Below, piece after piece: positions 1 through 12,774 of a stretch of DNA of 64,000 nt (position 1 is the first letter of the stretch; each line of letters opens with the position of its first letter). Made by a program: the position numbers and the translations under genes. This DNA comes from Lama guanicoe. Its lineage: Eukaryota. The stretch is from NCBI GenBank assembly GCA_013239625.1, contig MU053444.1, positions 79,822 through 143,821 on the forward strand, read 5' to 3'. The notes under the pieces were generated by a model. It ran no database searches and was not told the DNA's origin. It was given only the letters and a program-made list of their open reading frames with translations.

Positions 1-2864
1 GAGGTAGACTTCTAGTGAAAGGGGGTGATGTAATAGGCCCCATCGCCCACTTACCTACCACCACAGGACAATCATCTCAGATCGAGAACAAACACTTTGG
101 GAAACAGAAGTTGTTTATATTTTTATGGTATTCTGGTGGAAATAATGCCCTGAGTCATGTGAAGTTGTGGCTGCAAAATTGAACAGGGGACTGGACATTT
201 TCACATTCAGGACAAAAATAGCCCCTGGATAGCCACCATATCTGCTCTCCCCTTTGCCTGTTCACCCCAAAAGCTGCAGGACTCTCCTGCTTGCAATGAC
301 ACCCACCACTTCTCACAAATTCTTGCCAAGTTCACATCAGCAGCTGGTGGTGTCAAAGTCACCATTTGTACTGCTATGAAGTCCCTCCATTACTTTATAT
401 CCCTTCTATTTTCTCTGTTGTCTTCCTAGCTACACTTGCATTCACAAGATGGTTACTGCACTAACATTGCCTCTGTAATCAGTCCAGGATATAGGAAGTA
501 GAGATTCAACTGTAACCAGTCCCAGAATACTTGTCATGCCACTCTAGTGTCCCAACAAAATACTCTGGCATCCCTCATCTCACCCAAAGAAACACCGCAT
601 TACTTAGAGGTTGTAAAAGTAGAGGGCTTTCTCTGCTGGGAAACACTGTGGCTTGTGGTAGAGTTGTGATTTCAGATTTTGCAACTAGTTACAGGCAAAA
701 AGACAAGGTCTGCAAATTTTGTTCAAGCGTTTGGAATTTAAACTTTTATTAGATACAGAGCCGGTGGACTAACCGTAATCTATGAACATATGGTAATATT
801 ATCAAATAATGTTCATGTCTGCCTTACAGACATGTAAGAATCTGAATTACACCTGCAGCTTGTAGACCTTTAGAATTGGATGTGAAGCATCCTGTGAGAT
901 AAAAAACCTCCTATCCAGTCACAGAACACTTTACAGAAAACATCACACTAATGCCACTAAATACATTAGTATACTCCATGTATGGTTAAGTTACGTCTCC
1001 AATTTCTCAGAGCTGGAAAGGAGATGTCTAGAAATGCTGGAAAAGCCCAATTACCAAAACAGCTCAAAAGTTAAAGCAGACTCCTGCAACTCCCAGAGTG
1101 GAGGGCGGAGGGGGCATTGCCCACCACCCTGTCCTCCCCCAGGATGTGGCATTTGGGGAAGCAGGCAGGAGTGGGTGGCTGGGACTCGGAGGTGGAGAGG
1201 TGAAAAAAGCAAGAGTGGAACTGCTCTGGTCCTAGAACAACAGAGCTGTAAAAAGCTCGGCTTCAGTTCAACCCGCTCCCTCTCCCACTTTCCCTCCCTC
1301 CTACGTGACAAACAGAGCACAGTCAGGCACTTTCTGCCCATGATGGTGACTACTAGCAGGAAAGGGACCAGGATAAAAGTATGTCCTATAAAAGATCAGT
1401 CTGATTTTAAAGACTATGTTATAAAAATGAACAGCATTGTCAGAGTGGGACACATGTGAGGTGCTCAAATAGGGAGGAGAAGGTTGAGGATCCATTTCCA
1501 GCACTTCCATATCTTTCATCACTCCTATTTCTGACCTTTCCTCTGCCACTTTTTGTAGCTCCCATCACTGGCAGGTAAAGGGGCAGCAATGTGATTTGGC
1601 TGTTTGGCTGATGGGGCTACAATTCCCAGCACTGGAATGAAAGGTACTGGACGAGGATCAGCTGGAAGATGTGAACCGCGGTCCTGGTCTGTGCCAAACA
1701 CTAACCAGGTGACCCTGGGTTTGGCTCTTAGTCTCTCTGGGCTTCTGGCTGTTTACTTATAAAAGAAGGTTTTGCCATTGCACAAGTATATCCAATATGA
1801 AATGTAACGTGAAAGTCAAACATAATGTCATCTCACCTGCTTGCCTCAGGGAACTGTACAAGCACTGAACACTATGGGAATGTAATCACAGAGTTAAGAA
1901 AACTATTGAGGTGAAGCGCTAAACTGAACATGGAGTTAAAATTTTACAGATTTTCTTGGCTTTATTTTTTAATTGCAACACTGAATTAATAGTTATTAGC
2001 TATAATCCACACCACCACCCCTGTGAATAAATAAAGTAGGTAAGCACTGCCTGGATGACTGCTATTGCCCAATGCTAAACAGGGTGAGGGGTATAAAGGA
2101 GGCTGAATAAGGGAGTCTTCTCCAGTTACCAGCTAAGTGAGGAGACACATTGGAAACCACCCGGGAATGGTACCATGTCAGTACTCAAAGCCAAGATTAC
2201 AGGCTACTGATCATAAACAGTGCAGGAATACAAAGAGGAGCTAGAAGTATTTGGATTAAATAGGGAAGACTCTATGAAGTGGACGGGGCTCCAACTAGTT
2301 CTCAGGGCAATTCTAAACTGTTTTAAATGAGGACTGGATAGGAAAAGGCTGGTGACTCCTGGTTTTTAATAAGGCACAGGTTACAATAGAAGGCTAAGTC
2401 ACATAATGATTGGAACACATAAGGGAAGTCCAAATTGATGGAGGGTCGAGACTACCTGGCTGAGATCTGGTTGTGGTAAGTCTTTGACTTGACTCTAGAT
2501 GTTGGAGCATCAAAACTGTAGGTTGACTGAAAGGCAGGGGAGAGAATATCCAAGAATTCAGCCGAAGGAAAAATTCATGTATCAGGGATGAAAGCTCTTC
2601 ATCAGAGTATCAGCAATCAGAATAGACACTTGAAACCAAAAACATACAGTTCCAGAAGCCGACAATATTTGGAGGGTGGTGAGAGAAATATAAATCAAAG
2701 ACCATTCCAAGCCTTTGGGTATTCAAGACCAGAAGAATGATTATCCCACTGAATAAGTGGAGACGCTGCAAGAAAATGATTATGAAATCAGCTTTAGACA
2801 ATGTTGAATCTGACATATGAGCTAAGAGTAGCACAGTCCTGAGTACAGGCTTAAGATGCAGATG

Positions 2865-4000
2865 GACAAGACATGATAAATCTCCTAAAAGAAAACATAG
2901 GCAAAACATTATCTGACATAAATCTTAGCAACGTTCTCCTAGGGCAATCTACCCTTGCAATGGAAATAAGAGAAAAAAATAAACACAAGGGACGTAATTA
3001 AACTCATAAATTTCTTCACAGCAAAGGCAACCATAAGTAAAACGAAAGGAAACAACAACCTACGAATAGGAGAAAATATTTGAAAATGATACGACTAACA
3101 AAGCCTTAATTTTTAGAATATATAAACAGCTCATACAACTTAATAACAAAAAAAAAAAAAACTCAATCCAAAAATAGACAGTAGACCTAAACAAGCATTT
3201 CTCCTATGAAGACACAAATGGCCAATAGGCACATGAAAAAATGCTGGATATCACTAATAAACAGAGAAATTCAAATCAAAACTACAATGAAGTATCAGCT
3301 CACACCAGTCAGAATGGCCATCGCTCAGAAGTTCATGAATGATAAATGCTAGAGAGGCTGTAGAGGGAAGGGAACCCTCTTACACTGCTGGTGGGAATCC
3401 AGTTTGGTCTAGTCATTATGGAAAGCATAGAAATCCCTCAAAAAACTAAAAGTAGACTTACTCTATTACCCAGGAATCCCACATCTGGGTATATAACTGG
3501 AAAGAACTCCAATGTGAAAAGATACCTGCACCCCAGTATTCATAGCACCACTGTATACAATAGCCGAGACATGGAGGAAAGCTAAATGTAGCAACAGATG
3601 AATGGATAAACAAGTTGTGGCATATTTATACACTGGAATACTACTCTACCATGAATAGGACAAAATAAAACCATTTGCAGCAACATGACATGGATGAGAG
3701 ATCATCATTCTAAGTGAAAGCAGCCAGAAACAGAAAAATACCAAATGATACCACTCATATGTGCAATATAAAAAAAGAGAGAAAAAGACACTGTGAACTC
3801 ATCTACAAAACAGAAACAGACTTGCAGACATAGTAAACAATCTTAAGGTTACCAGGGAAAGGAGATGGGAAGGGAAAAATTTGGGAGCTTGAGATTTACA
3901 AATGTTAGCCACTATATATAAAAAGAGATTTTAAATAAAATTTTTTCTGTATAGCACAGAAACCTATTTTCATTATCCAGCAATAACCTATAATGAAAAA
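2865..4000 (+). mobile_element. 5'-truncated LINE-1 (ORF2 3' end plus 3'UTR), decayed
   Basis: Hallmarks AAGAAAACATAGGCAAAACA, CACACCAGTCAGAATGGCCATC, GGAACCCTCTTACACTGCTGGTGGGAAT, GATGAATGGATAAA and CCATTTGCAGCAACATG; multiple stops. Confidence 0.93.
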
Positions 4001-4084
4001 GCTGATATAGCCACCAACTGAGGAAGCAAGAGAAGAAAGGAGAGTTAGTTATGCTGGGCTAGAGCCCACTTCTAAAATCCTTGT

Positions 4085-4920
4085 CAGCCACTGAGGCTGC
4101 CCCGAGTACACTGAGCCTTCCTCCCCGGGACAGGCTGACATGACATGTGTCCTGCAAACCTGGGGCAGCGGAAGCCGTTCCCAGGTCTGGCCCTGGGGGA
4201 GATGGGAGAAAGTCCACCTGCTCCCCTTGGGGCAGCACCCCTCCCTGCATCCCCTGCCACCTTACTGCACCGCATCTGCCTCTCAGGAACCCACTGACTT
4301 GAAAACAAGTGATCCACGTACCTGGGGCAGCGGCAGGGAGATGGGCAGCAACCTGGTAAGCTGGTCGACTTGCCCCCATCTCCCCCACGGCCTGTCCACG
4401 GCTCGGCCTCTGCTGCTCCAGGCACGGTCCGCAGGTCAGCCTGCTTCTGGGAGGAGGGCACTGTGTGGTCGAAGGCAGTGGCGGGTTATGGGGTCTGCCC
4501 ATGGGAGCCCGTGGATTTGCTTCAAACTCCCCAGTGCATGGTCTGAGCTTGGCCTCTGCTGCCCCAGGTTCGTGTAACTCAGGTTACAGGTCAGCCTGCT
4601 CCTGGAAGGCGGGTGCTGTGCTGTCAGGGAATGGCGGCGGCTGCAATGTCGGGATTAGGGCTGCCCTGTGAGAGCGCGGAGGTTGCGACCATTTCCCGCT
4701 GCTGCTGCAGCCATCCCAGAACATTGATCACACCGAGCCCACCTCCCAGGAGCAGACTGACCTGTAACATGAGTCCCACGAACCTGGGGCTTTAGAGGCT
4801 GCCCCCAAGGTCAGGCCGCGGGGAAGATGGGAGCAAATCCAGGGGCTCTCATGGGGCAGCCTCCATTCCATCTGAGGCCCCACGACCGCACCACACCCGC
4901 CTCCCAGGAGCAGGCCATTG
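4085..4920. repeat. Second block of the same ~160-bp GC-rich satellite, monomers in mixed orientation
   Basis: Forward copies GGCCTCTGCTGCTCCAGG (~4405) and GGCCTCTGCTGCCCCAGGTTCG (~4551); reverse copies CCTGGGGCAGCGGAAGCC (~4159), CCTGGGGCAGCGG (~4321), CCTGGGGCTTTAGAGGC (~4783) and CCTCCCAGGAGCAG (~4742, ~4900). Confidence 0.8.
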
Positions 4921-4949
4921 TCTGAGCGCCAGTCGGAGATGCTCTGGAG

Positions 4950-5345
4950 CCGTCCGACGCCCTCCCACCTCCCGGGGCTGCACCTGCTCTCCTAATCCCG
5001 GGTATAAGCGGCGGAAAAAACGCGGGGTTCAGAAACTACTAATAGCAGGGTTACCACGAACCACAGCTGCGGCCACTACCTCACCTCCACACCCCTCCCT
5101 GGGCGCCTCCCCAGCTGCACAGCCCAGGTGTCACCCGCCGGCTTCCCGAGAAGCGCGCTCCCACCAGCGCCCCCTTGACTGCCCGGCAGCGGCAGCCGAG
5201 CCGCGGGCAAGTGGCGGCCCTGAACCCAGGCTGTGTTACTCTTCCAGGAGCTGGTCCAGGAGCAACCGGCTGCCGCCAGCTTCCACGCGTTCTGGGCGGG
5301 TTCCGGCGTCCGCGCGTCTGTCCGTCTGCGCGTGCGCACCCCTCC
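4950..5345. promoter_or_regulatory. CpG island with NRF1/ETS-like motifs; candidate minus-strand first exon
   Basis: CpG-dense; TGCGCGTGCGCA at 5327-5338, TTCCGG at 5301-5306 and a minus-strand donor GAG|gtgagg at ~5079-5084. Confidence 0.65.
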
Positions 5346-6664
5346 TCCTCCTGCCTACAGCGCAAACTGCTCCTGTGGGACTCCTGCTTTACTGGACCTG
5401 GCCACTTTGGCTGGGAGGAGCCAGGTGGGGCCCCTCCTGCTAGTCCCGCCGAGTATCCATCCCCAGAGCCTTCACCCTGCCACCAACAGGGTCCTGGCAC
5501 TGAACTAGAACCACAACTGTCCTGGGCCAGGCCACACCCCACCAGCCCCAATTCCCTTGCTCACCCTGTCCTCCCTGTTACTACCCCCCCACCACTGGCC
5601 AGGCCCAGTTTCCCACCAGACCTTGAAGACAGGGCTTCTTCTCCTCACACCGAGGTCCATGCCCTGACACTCCGTCCTGCTAGGTCCTAATCAATGGCCC
5701 CTTCACCCTCATGCCTCACCACAGGACCCCCAACATCCTGAAACTGTCCCCCTCACCTCTCAGCCAGTTCAGTTCCACTCTGAGAGGACCCCACACACTT
5801 CAACCTATACCCCCTCACCATGGGATCCCCTTCACTCTGAGTGCACCCCTACCCTGAGCTCACTCCCTCACCCCTCACCCTGTAGTTGGGGTGGGGAAAT
5901 CCGGGATCCAGTAATGGTGACTACTGCCACCAGTGGGGGACCCAGCCTAGTGTGCACCTTCATAGTTAATGTCTGAGGCTACAAGGCGAGGCAGGCTGGG
6001 CTGAAGGCGGTTCTAATTCCTGCCCTGGCACCCTGATCCCTGCACCCTGTGTCTCATCTGACCTGATGGGTCAGGGTGATTCCAGGCTGCCAGCCACTGG
6101 CCTGTGGGCCTTGGGTGGTTGATGGTCCTGATGGTGATCTGGACCCCTAGGGCAGAGGCAATGGGCACGTGGACCTTTGGGGTGGGGGAGTTCAGAGGGT
6201 CCACTTGAGCCCAAGGGTAGACAGCAGATGGTGGGCTGTGTGCATGGGGCTATGTGCATGGCCTGGGCTCAGTCCAGGTGGGTGCAGGGATCTTGTTCAT
6301 TCACACCAGGCCGGAGGGAAGAGGGACGGCAGCTTTTAAAGCATCAAAGTTAGGAAGCCAAGGCTGGAGAGCAAAGTAGGTTGGTGCACTGTCCAGACCA
6401 CCATGGATCCCGCCACGATGCTTGTCCTTTGCATCAGAGGAAACTGGCAGTTGACTGGTGAATGAGACATCCCCTGCTTTGGTATAGCTTACAGGCAATT
6501 GAAATGATTTTGACAGGTAATTTTAATCCAATAATTGTCACTTTCTCTGCAGGAGATCAGGTCCAAAGTCATGGGGAATCTGGCAGTGATCTTGCCTGAA
6601 CTCCATCCTGGGACAGTGGAGGACCCACCCAGGAATCATCATCTTAGCTCTCACCAAAAGTCAC

Positions 6665-7363
6665 TGTAATAGAGAACAAATCTGACTCCATATTGGAACT
6701 GTTCCTTTTCCTTTAACCCTCTGCCCTGATTCCTAGGCTTATTCTTGCAAGCTCTGCACCTTTTGTAAAACAATGTTGCCTTTAGCCTGAAATAAACAGG
6801 AGAGCCTATTCTCAAAACTCTGACCTTTAAGGATATTAACACTTTTGCACTCCTATAAAGATAACAAGTTGCAGAATAGAAAAAGTTTGTTTTGTTGCAG
6901 GTTTTACAGGAACACCATGATCTCACCCACGTGGACAGCTGCAAAGGATTCCAAGAACAAAGAAATCCCACACCAAGAAGTTTGCAACAACCAATCACAG
7001 CCCCTCCCCTTTTTAGTAGAAAAGGAGCCTGAAGTCTGACTTGGGGAAGATGGTTCTCCAAGTCTGCCATTATCTTGGTCTGCAGCTGTCTATGTAGACC
7101 AGGTCATAGTGCCTCTGTAAAACCTCTAACAAAACAAAACTTATTTTCTATTCTGCAACTTGTTGTCTTTATATAAGTGCAAAAGTGTTAATATCCTTAA
7201 AGATAAGAGCCTTGAAAATAGGCTCTCCTCTACACTTCAGGCTAAAGGCAACATTGTTTTACAAAATGTGCAGAGCTATTAAGATTAAGCCTAGAAAAGA
7301 GGGCACAGGTTTAAAGCTGAAAGAACAGATCTTCTATGGAGTCAGATTTTTTTTTCTATTATA
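6665..7363. mobile_element. Two ERV1-type LTR fragments fused as an inverted repeat
   Basis: 6665-6943 (TGTAATAGAGAACAAATCTGACTCCATA...GGACAGCTGCA) is an imperfect reverse complement of 7081-7363 (TGCAGCTGTC...TATGGAGTCAGATTT...CTATTATA). Same family as the LTRs at 53.4 and 54.9 kb. Confidence 0.85.
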
Positions 7364-7382
7364 GTATATTCTATTTTTGTTT

Positions 7383-8380
7383 TAAGTTTATAAGAATAAA
7401 GTTTAGTCTTTTCCCATTTTAAATTGTGCAATTTTCAGGAGCATTAAGTGCATTCACATTGCTGTCAGACCAACACCACTGATTTCAGGCTATTTCCTTC
7501 TTCAAAGTAAAAGCTTGTATACAAAGCGAACCCCACATCCTACCTCCCCCAGCCCATGGCAAGTCCTAATCCCCTTTCTCTCTCTGTGTCTTTACCTATC
7601 CTGGAGGTTCCCTATCAATGAAATCATATAAAAGGTGGCTTTTTTTTTTGTCTGCCCACATATCTTAAGAAGGGGCGGGTGAATTTTTGTTTGTTTGTTT
7701 TCACGTGAATTAGCATTTTTGTATTTTGAGAGGACATCCAGCTGGATTAAAGATGAGACGTACCAAATGAAGCCCTTTTAGTATCTCTGGCATAATCTCC
7801 AGGTAGGCACTGCTGTTCTAAGTGTGAAACCAGAGCCAGAAGAGAGATGCTTAGCTCTTCTTGTGGCAAAATAAAAGCAAACCAAAACAGAAAACAAAGG
7901 CCAAGAAAGAGAGATGGAAAGAGAATCCACAGCCTGGAAAAAAGTTTCCGGATGACCCACGGTTGGAGAAAAGCTTCACATCCCTGTGGTCCAAAAACCT
8001 CTAGAAGCCCAGTGTTCTGAAAAGAAACAAAACACACACACACAGTTCCAACAAGAGGCAGTGCAGGTGGCCAGTGTCTGCTAGAGATGTTCGACCTTCC
8101 AGGTGAGGACACAGGCAGACGGACAGACTGCAGAGACAGCATTGGCCGCCATCACACTGGTAGGTCTTTAGCCCAGTGACAACCAGCCCTGTTGACAACT
8201 TGAGCAGGCAGAAGCCCCAGGAGGACCCCTGGAAGAAAGTGCAAATGGACACTCCTCTCTGGCATAACAAGGTGCAGGATACATCAAAGTGCCACAGGTG
8301 CATCCCTTCCCTAGCAGTGCTGATCCTTAGAGAAGATCCCACCAAAGTTCTTGCACAATTTTCAAAGATAATTTTTCTTC
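7383..8380 (+). repeat. ~1-kb direct duplication, copy 1 (begins with an old L1M 3' fragment)
   Basis: Collinear with 11020-12020, e.g. TTTTAAATTGTGCAATT, AAATGAAGCCCTTTTAGTA, GAGATGCTTAGCTCTTC, GCAGGTGGCCAGTGT, GACAACCAGCCCTG, GATCCTTA. Confidence 0.9.
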
Positions 8381-8451
8381 AGTAACATGAATTCAAAATA
8401 ATCAATATGTCATCAAGGGATTTTCAGAAGTAACCTGCCGTGGGCCTGAAA

Positions 8452-8615
8452 AATACACACAGATAAATACACACATATGCACATAAATATATATACACAT
8501 ACATACAGGAAAAGAGACAGACAGACTGAAACACAGAGAAGCAGGGGGAGACAGAGAAAGAGAGAGAGAGACAAGACAGAGAGAGAGGCACTGAGAGACA
8601 GAGACAGAGAGAAGG
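8452..8615 (+). repeat. (CA/TA)n then (GA/GACA)n microsatellite
   Basis: Directly visible. Confidence 0.9.
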
Positions 8616-11019
8616 AACACTGGAGCTGGTAATGAATGGAACTCACGCACATTTTCACAAGCCAGTCTACATGTCAGAACCTGGTCCCAAAGTCCATCCA
8701 CCTTCCAGGGGAGGGTGTGGGGATCACACAATGGCGTGGGAACAGAAGGCAAAAAATAGGAAGCCATTGTGGGGCAGCCCAGCACAGAGGCTGAGATGAG
8801 ACACTGGACCTGTAGGTCAACATGACAGAATGACCTAGGACGTTGGGTGCCAGAGCAGACGATGTCAGAGTTGTATTTAATTTCAGTCTCACGACTGGGA
8901 GCTGGGAAGCAAGTAGCAAGGAAAGTGACTTTCCCCAGACCCCAGGGCAGACCCCGGCCGTTGTGGCATGTGCTCTGCGCTCTGCCAGCCCTATGTGGGG
9001 TCTTTCCTTTGCTGAGTCTGTGCACGATCTCCCTGTGATGCCAGCCCGTGGGAGTGACAGATGCAGTAGGTGTTTCTAGGTCTAGAGACAGGATGGCTTC
9101 TCTAGGAAGCAGGGGCCAGAATGATACCCACTGTGCCAATGGGGGGTTGGGGAGACCCTGAGAGGCATGTGGTTTGTCCAGGGTGATAGCACTGCTGAGT
9201 GGGGAGAGCCAGGTCTGAACCCAGCTGTGTCTTCAGAGCTGCGGCACTGGCTGCATCCAGGCCTCCCCAGGGCTATGGGGGGTGCTGAGTTGGTGTCACT
9301 GTGTGTGAACATGCCATGGAGTGAGAAATGAGAGATCAGCAGCCCAGAAAGTCCCTTGGGGAGCTTTGTGTCAGGAGGAATCTTGGATAAGTGGACCCCA
9401 GTAAGTGACCTCACTTTCCTGGCAATAGAGCCCAACAGAACTTGGAACCGAATTCACCAGGCACCCACTCTGTAGAGAAGTCCCTACTTAGCTCACCTGG
9501 TTGGAGACAGAGGCATGTTCTGCTGCATCCCATTATCCCAAGACCGCAACCCCCAGAAAGCCCGCAGTGAAGGTCCGTACCAATGCTGCCGGTGCTGGGT
9601 CAGGTCTCACTAAATGTGCCTCTGGCCTTTTGGCCAGAGAGACTCAAAGGTAACACAGGGAGGCCCAGGGCAGGCCTGCCCAGGCCGGGCCACCTCTCAG
9701 ATCCCACCCAGGTGGAACCATGGCCCCTTCCTGGCTGGTGGAGGTGGAGCAGTCATGTAGGGGATGGGTTTCTGTCTCAAGCAAGAGAAGGTCAGAGGCC
9801 TGGGGGGCCGGTCACACCCACAGCACAGGTCAAAGCTGGCTGGCTGGGATTGGAGAGCCGGGGAAGGGTCCTGCTGCCCGAGGTGGAGCCCATGATCTCT
9901 GAGTATGTCTTTTCTATCCCAGTATCTGAGCTGAACAAGGTCCCAGTCTGATCTGGCAGCAGACGGTTGAGTGGACAGAATCAGAAGTGGTCCTGGCCAG
10001 GCAGAGCTCTGAGACTTCCAGGCCAGATCAGCTGCTGGTCACTGTCATTGCAGAGCCAGATACCACATACTGAACAGAAGCTGATGAATAAGAACACCAA
10101 CGCCCCCTCCCCAAGTAAAGGGCTGGTGTGCTACTCTTCTGAGGGCCAGCACAGCATCCAGGTGGGTCTGGATAATGAGGGGACCCCACCACCATGGCCC
10201 AGAATACAGTGGGGCAGGCCTCCGACCCAGACATCACCCAGGGCTCTCCCAGGGACCTGCTCATGGCTGACAGGTAGCTCAGCACACCAGCTCTGACCTG
10301 GAGCTCCGTGCCTAACTCACTGCAAGTCAGGTGGAGGACCAGGAGCCCCCAAACCAGAGCCTGAAGGTCAGAAAGGCAGGGCTGGTGCATGTGTGTAGGT
10401 GAGGGAAGGGTGAGGGCTGGGCCACACAGGGATGTGTCCCCAGAGGCTACTGTTGGGACCAGAGCAAAGAATGTCCTCAAACCACCTGTCTGGAAAAATT
10501 CAGTCACAGAACACATCCTGTGGGCACTTTCTGGGTGAGAGCTGTCTGGAAAGGTCTGGGAAGGTTTCAGTCTTTCAAGAGGCACATGGAAAAGAGGCAG
10601 GTGGATAAATTTTTCCTCTCTCACAGCATAAGCTCTTCCACAAGACTTAACACTCTCCCCACATCCAATAGTTACAGAGGAGGCAGGGGCAGGGGAAGAT
10701 GTCAGAGACCAAAAATAGGATGATCTGGATCCAGCAGGAGACCCCGAGCTCCCTCCTGCCGCTCCTGCAGCTCCTCCTGAAACCGCACCTGCACCTGGAC
10801 TGCTGGGCAACGGAGAACTTGTTCAGGCATCACCACCACCTGGGGCAGAGACCCCTCTGCACCCACCCACACCTTCTTCTCCAAAATGTTCTCCAAAATC
10901 CCACCGTCAGTCACCCCCCCAAACTTGACGTCCCTTCTGCTGGAGATGTTTTTGTTTGGTTTTCTTTAATTTCCTTTGTTTGTTTCACATCATTTATGGC
11001 ACCCTTTATTTTTCTTTTT

Positions 11020-12020
11020 AGAGTTTCATGTAATAAAATATAGACTTTTCCCCTTTTAAATTGTGCAATTCAGGAGCATTAGGGGCATTCACAATGTTGT
11101 GCAACCATCACTACCATCTAGTTTCACACTATTTCTTTCCTCAAAGTGAAACCATGCATCCAGATAACACACTCCCCTCCCTCCTCACCCAGCCCCTGAC
11201 AAGCCCAAGTCTTCTTTCTCTCTGCGTGTCTTTACCTCTCCTGGGTGTTCCCTGACAATGAAACTTTATGAAAGCTGATTTTTTGTGCCTGCCCACATGT
11301 TTTCAAATGGGGCTGGTGATTTTTTTGTTTTCACTCGAAACAGCATTTTTATTATTTTAAGGGGATATCCAGGGGGATTGAAGATGTGATGTACAAAATG
11401 AAGCCCTTTTAGTAACGCTGTGCATAATCTCATGGTAGACACTGCTGTTCCCCCTGTGACACCACAGCCAGAAGACAGAAAGGAGATGCTTAGCTCTTCC
11501 TATGGCAAAAACAAAACCAAACAAATCAAAAAAATTAGAAAAAGCCCAGAAACCTGCTTGAAAGACAAACCACAACCTGGAAAAAGCATTCCTCATAACC
11601 CAAGGTTGGAGAAAGTTTTCCCATCCCTGTAGTCCAAAAATCTTTTGAAACCCACTGTTCCAAACAGAAACAGAAGAGACATGGTCAGTTCCAATGAGAG
11701 GCAATGCAGGTGGCCAGTGTGTGTTAGACATGCTTGACCTCTCAGGTGAGAATACAGGCAGAGGGAAACACTGCACAGGCAGCACTGGTCACCATAAAAC
11801 TGGCGGATCTTTAGTCAGTTGACAACCAGCCCTGGTGACAATGTAAGCAGGCAGAGTCTCCAGTAGATCCCCTGGAGGGAAGAGTGAAGGGACGCTCCTC
11901 TTCAGGAGAACAGGGTGCAGGACGCATCAAAGGGCCACAGATGCATCGCTTTCCCAGAAGTTCTGATCCTTACAGTTCATCCCACTAAAATCCTTACACA
12001 CATATTCAAAGATGCCTTTT
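11020..12020 (+). repeat. ~1-kb direct duplication, copy 2
   Basis: See copy 1; offset ~3.6 kb and visibly diverged. Confidence 0.9.
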
Positions 12021-12774
12021 CAAGGGTGTTCATCATAGCACTGGTTGAAACAGTCAGAACTAAAGCAACACTAATGTTGATGGAGAGGGGATGGGGTCAA
12101 CTCGTTCTGGTTCATGTGGATGAATGCTATGCAGTTGGAAAAGTGGGTGCCTCAACCCAATGTCAAGGGAGGCCTCAGGGTGGAAGTATGCAGACCCACT
12201 GTCTGCACCCAGGGTCCCATCTGCATGACCACATATGTGTGAAATCAATATAGATGTAAACTGATCTAATTGTGAGTGTGTGAGACAGAGATGGAGAAAG
12301 ACATACTAAGAGACACAGAGACAGAGACATAAGCACCAAATCACTCATGACAGTCACCTCTGATGGTGGGAATTTAAAATCTCTTCTCCTTAGGCAATAT
12401 TTCAATTTTTTGTACTGTGTCTGTATTACTCTACTAATTCTAAAAGGATTAAAATCCTATGTAAATGTGACCCATTCATTGCTCAACTATGGAGTAATTA
12501 AAGTACATTAATCCTATTTTTAAAAGAATTTAAAGCCTTCTCAGGACTCAGTTCCATGTCAGCTCCGTGACAGTAGAATTTCTCCAGGAAGTCGTGTCTC
12601 TTCTGAATCAGCATCCAATAGAGGTGAGGAAGAAGTACCAGACTTGGACACTGAAGACTACAATAGATGAGAGAGTCTGCTGAGAGAAATTAAGACATAC
12701 ATGTATGATTTTTTCCTTTTAAAGTTGGATTGTTTGAGATCTCTTTTCTTCTTTGTTCTTTTTCTTTTTAAAAA

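Noticed and set aside
2865..4000. Active L1 ORF2
   Set aside because: 5'-truncated with multiple stops and frameshifts.
5690..5882. Interstitial telomere-like CCCTCA repeats
   Set aside because: Only scattered CCCTCA/CCTCAC hexamers with no regular TTAGGG-type array.
8402..9139. 245-aa minus-strand ORF with hydrophobic tail
   Set aside because: The SL/CV-rich tail is translated microsatellite.
10028..10810. 260-aa minus-strand ORF, the longest in the track
   Set aside because: No recognisable domain; it is antisense to the exon-like plus segment and lies in GC-rich sequence, so it is likely chance.
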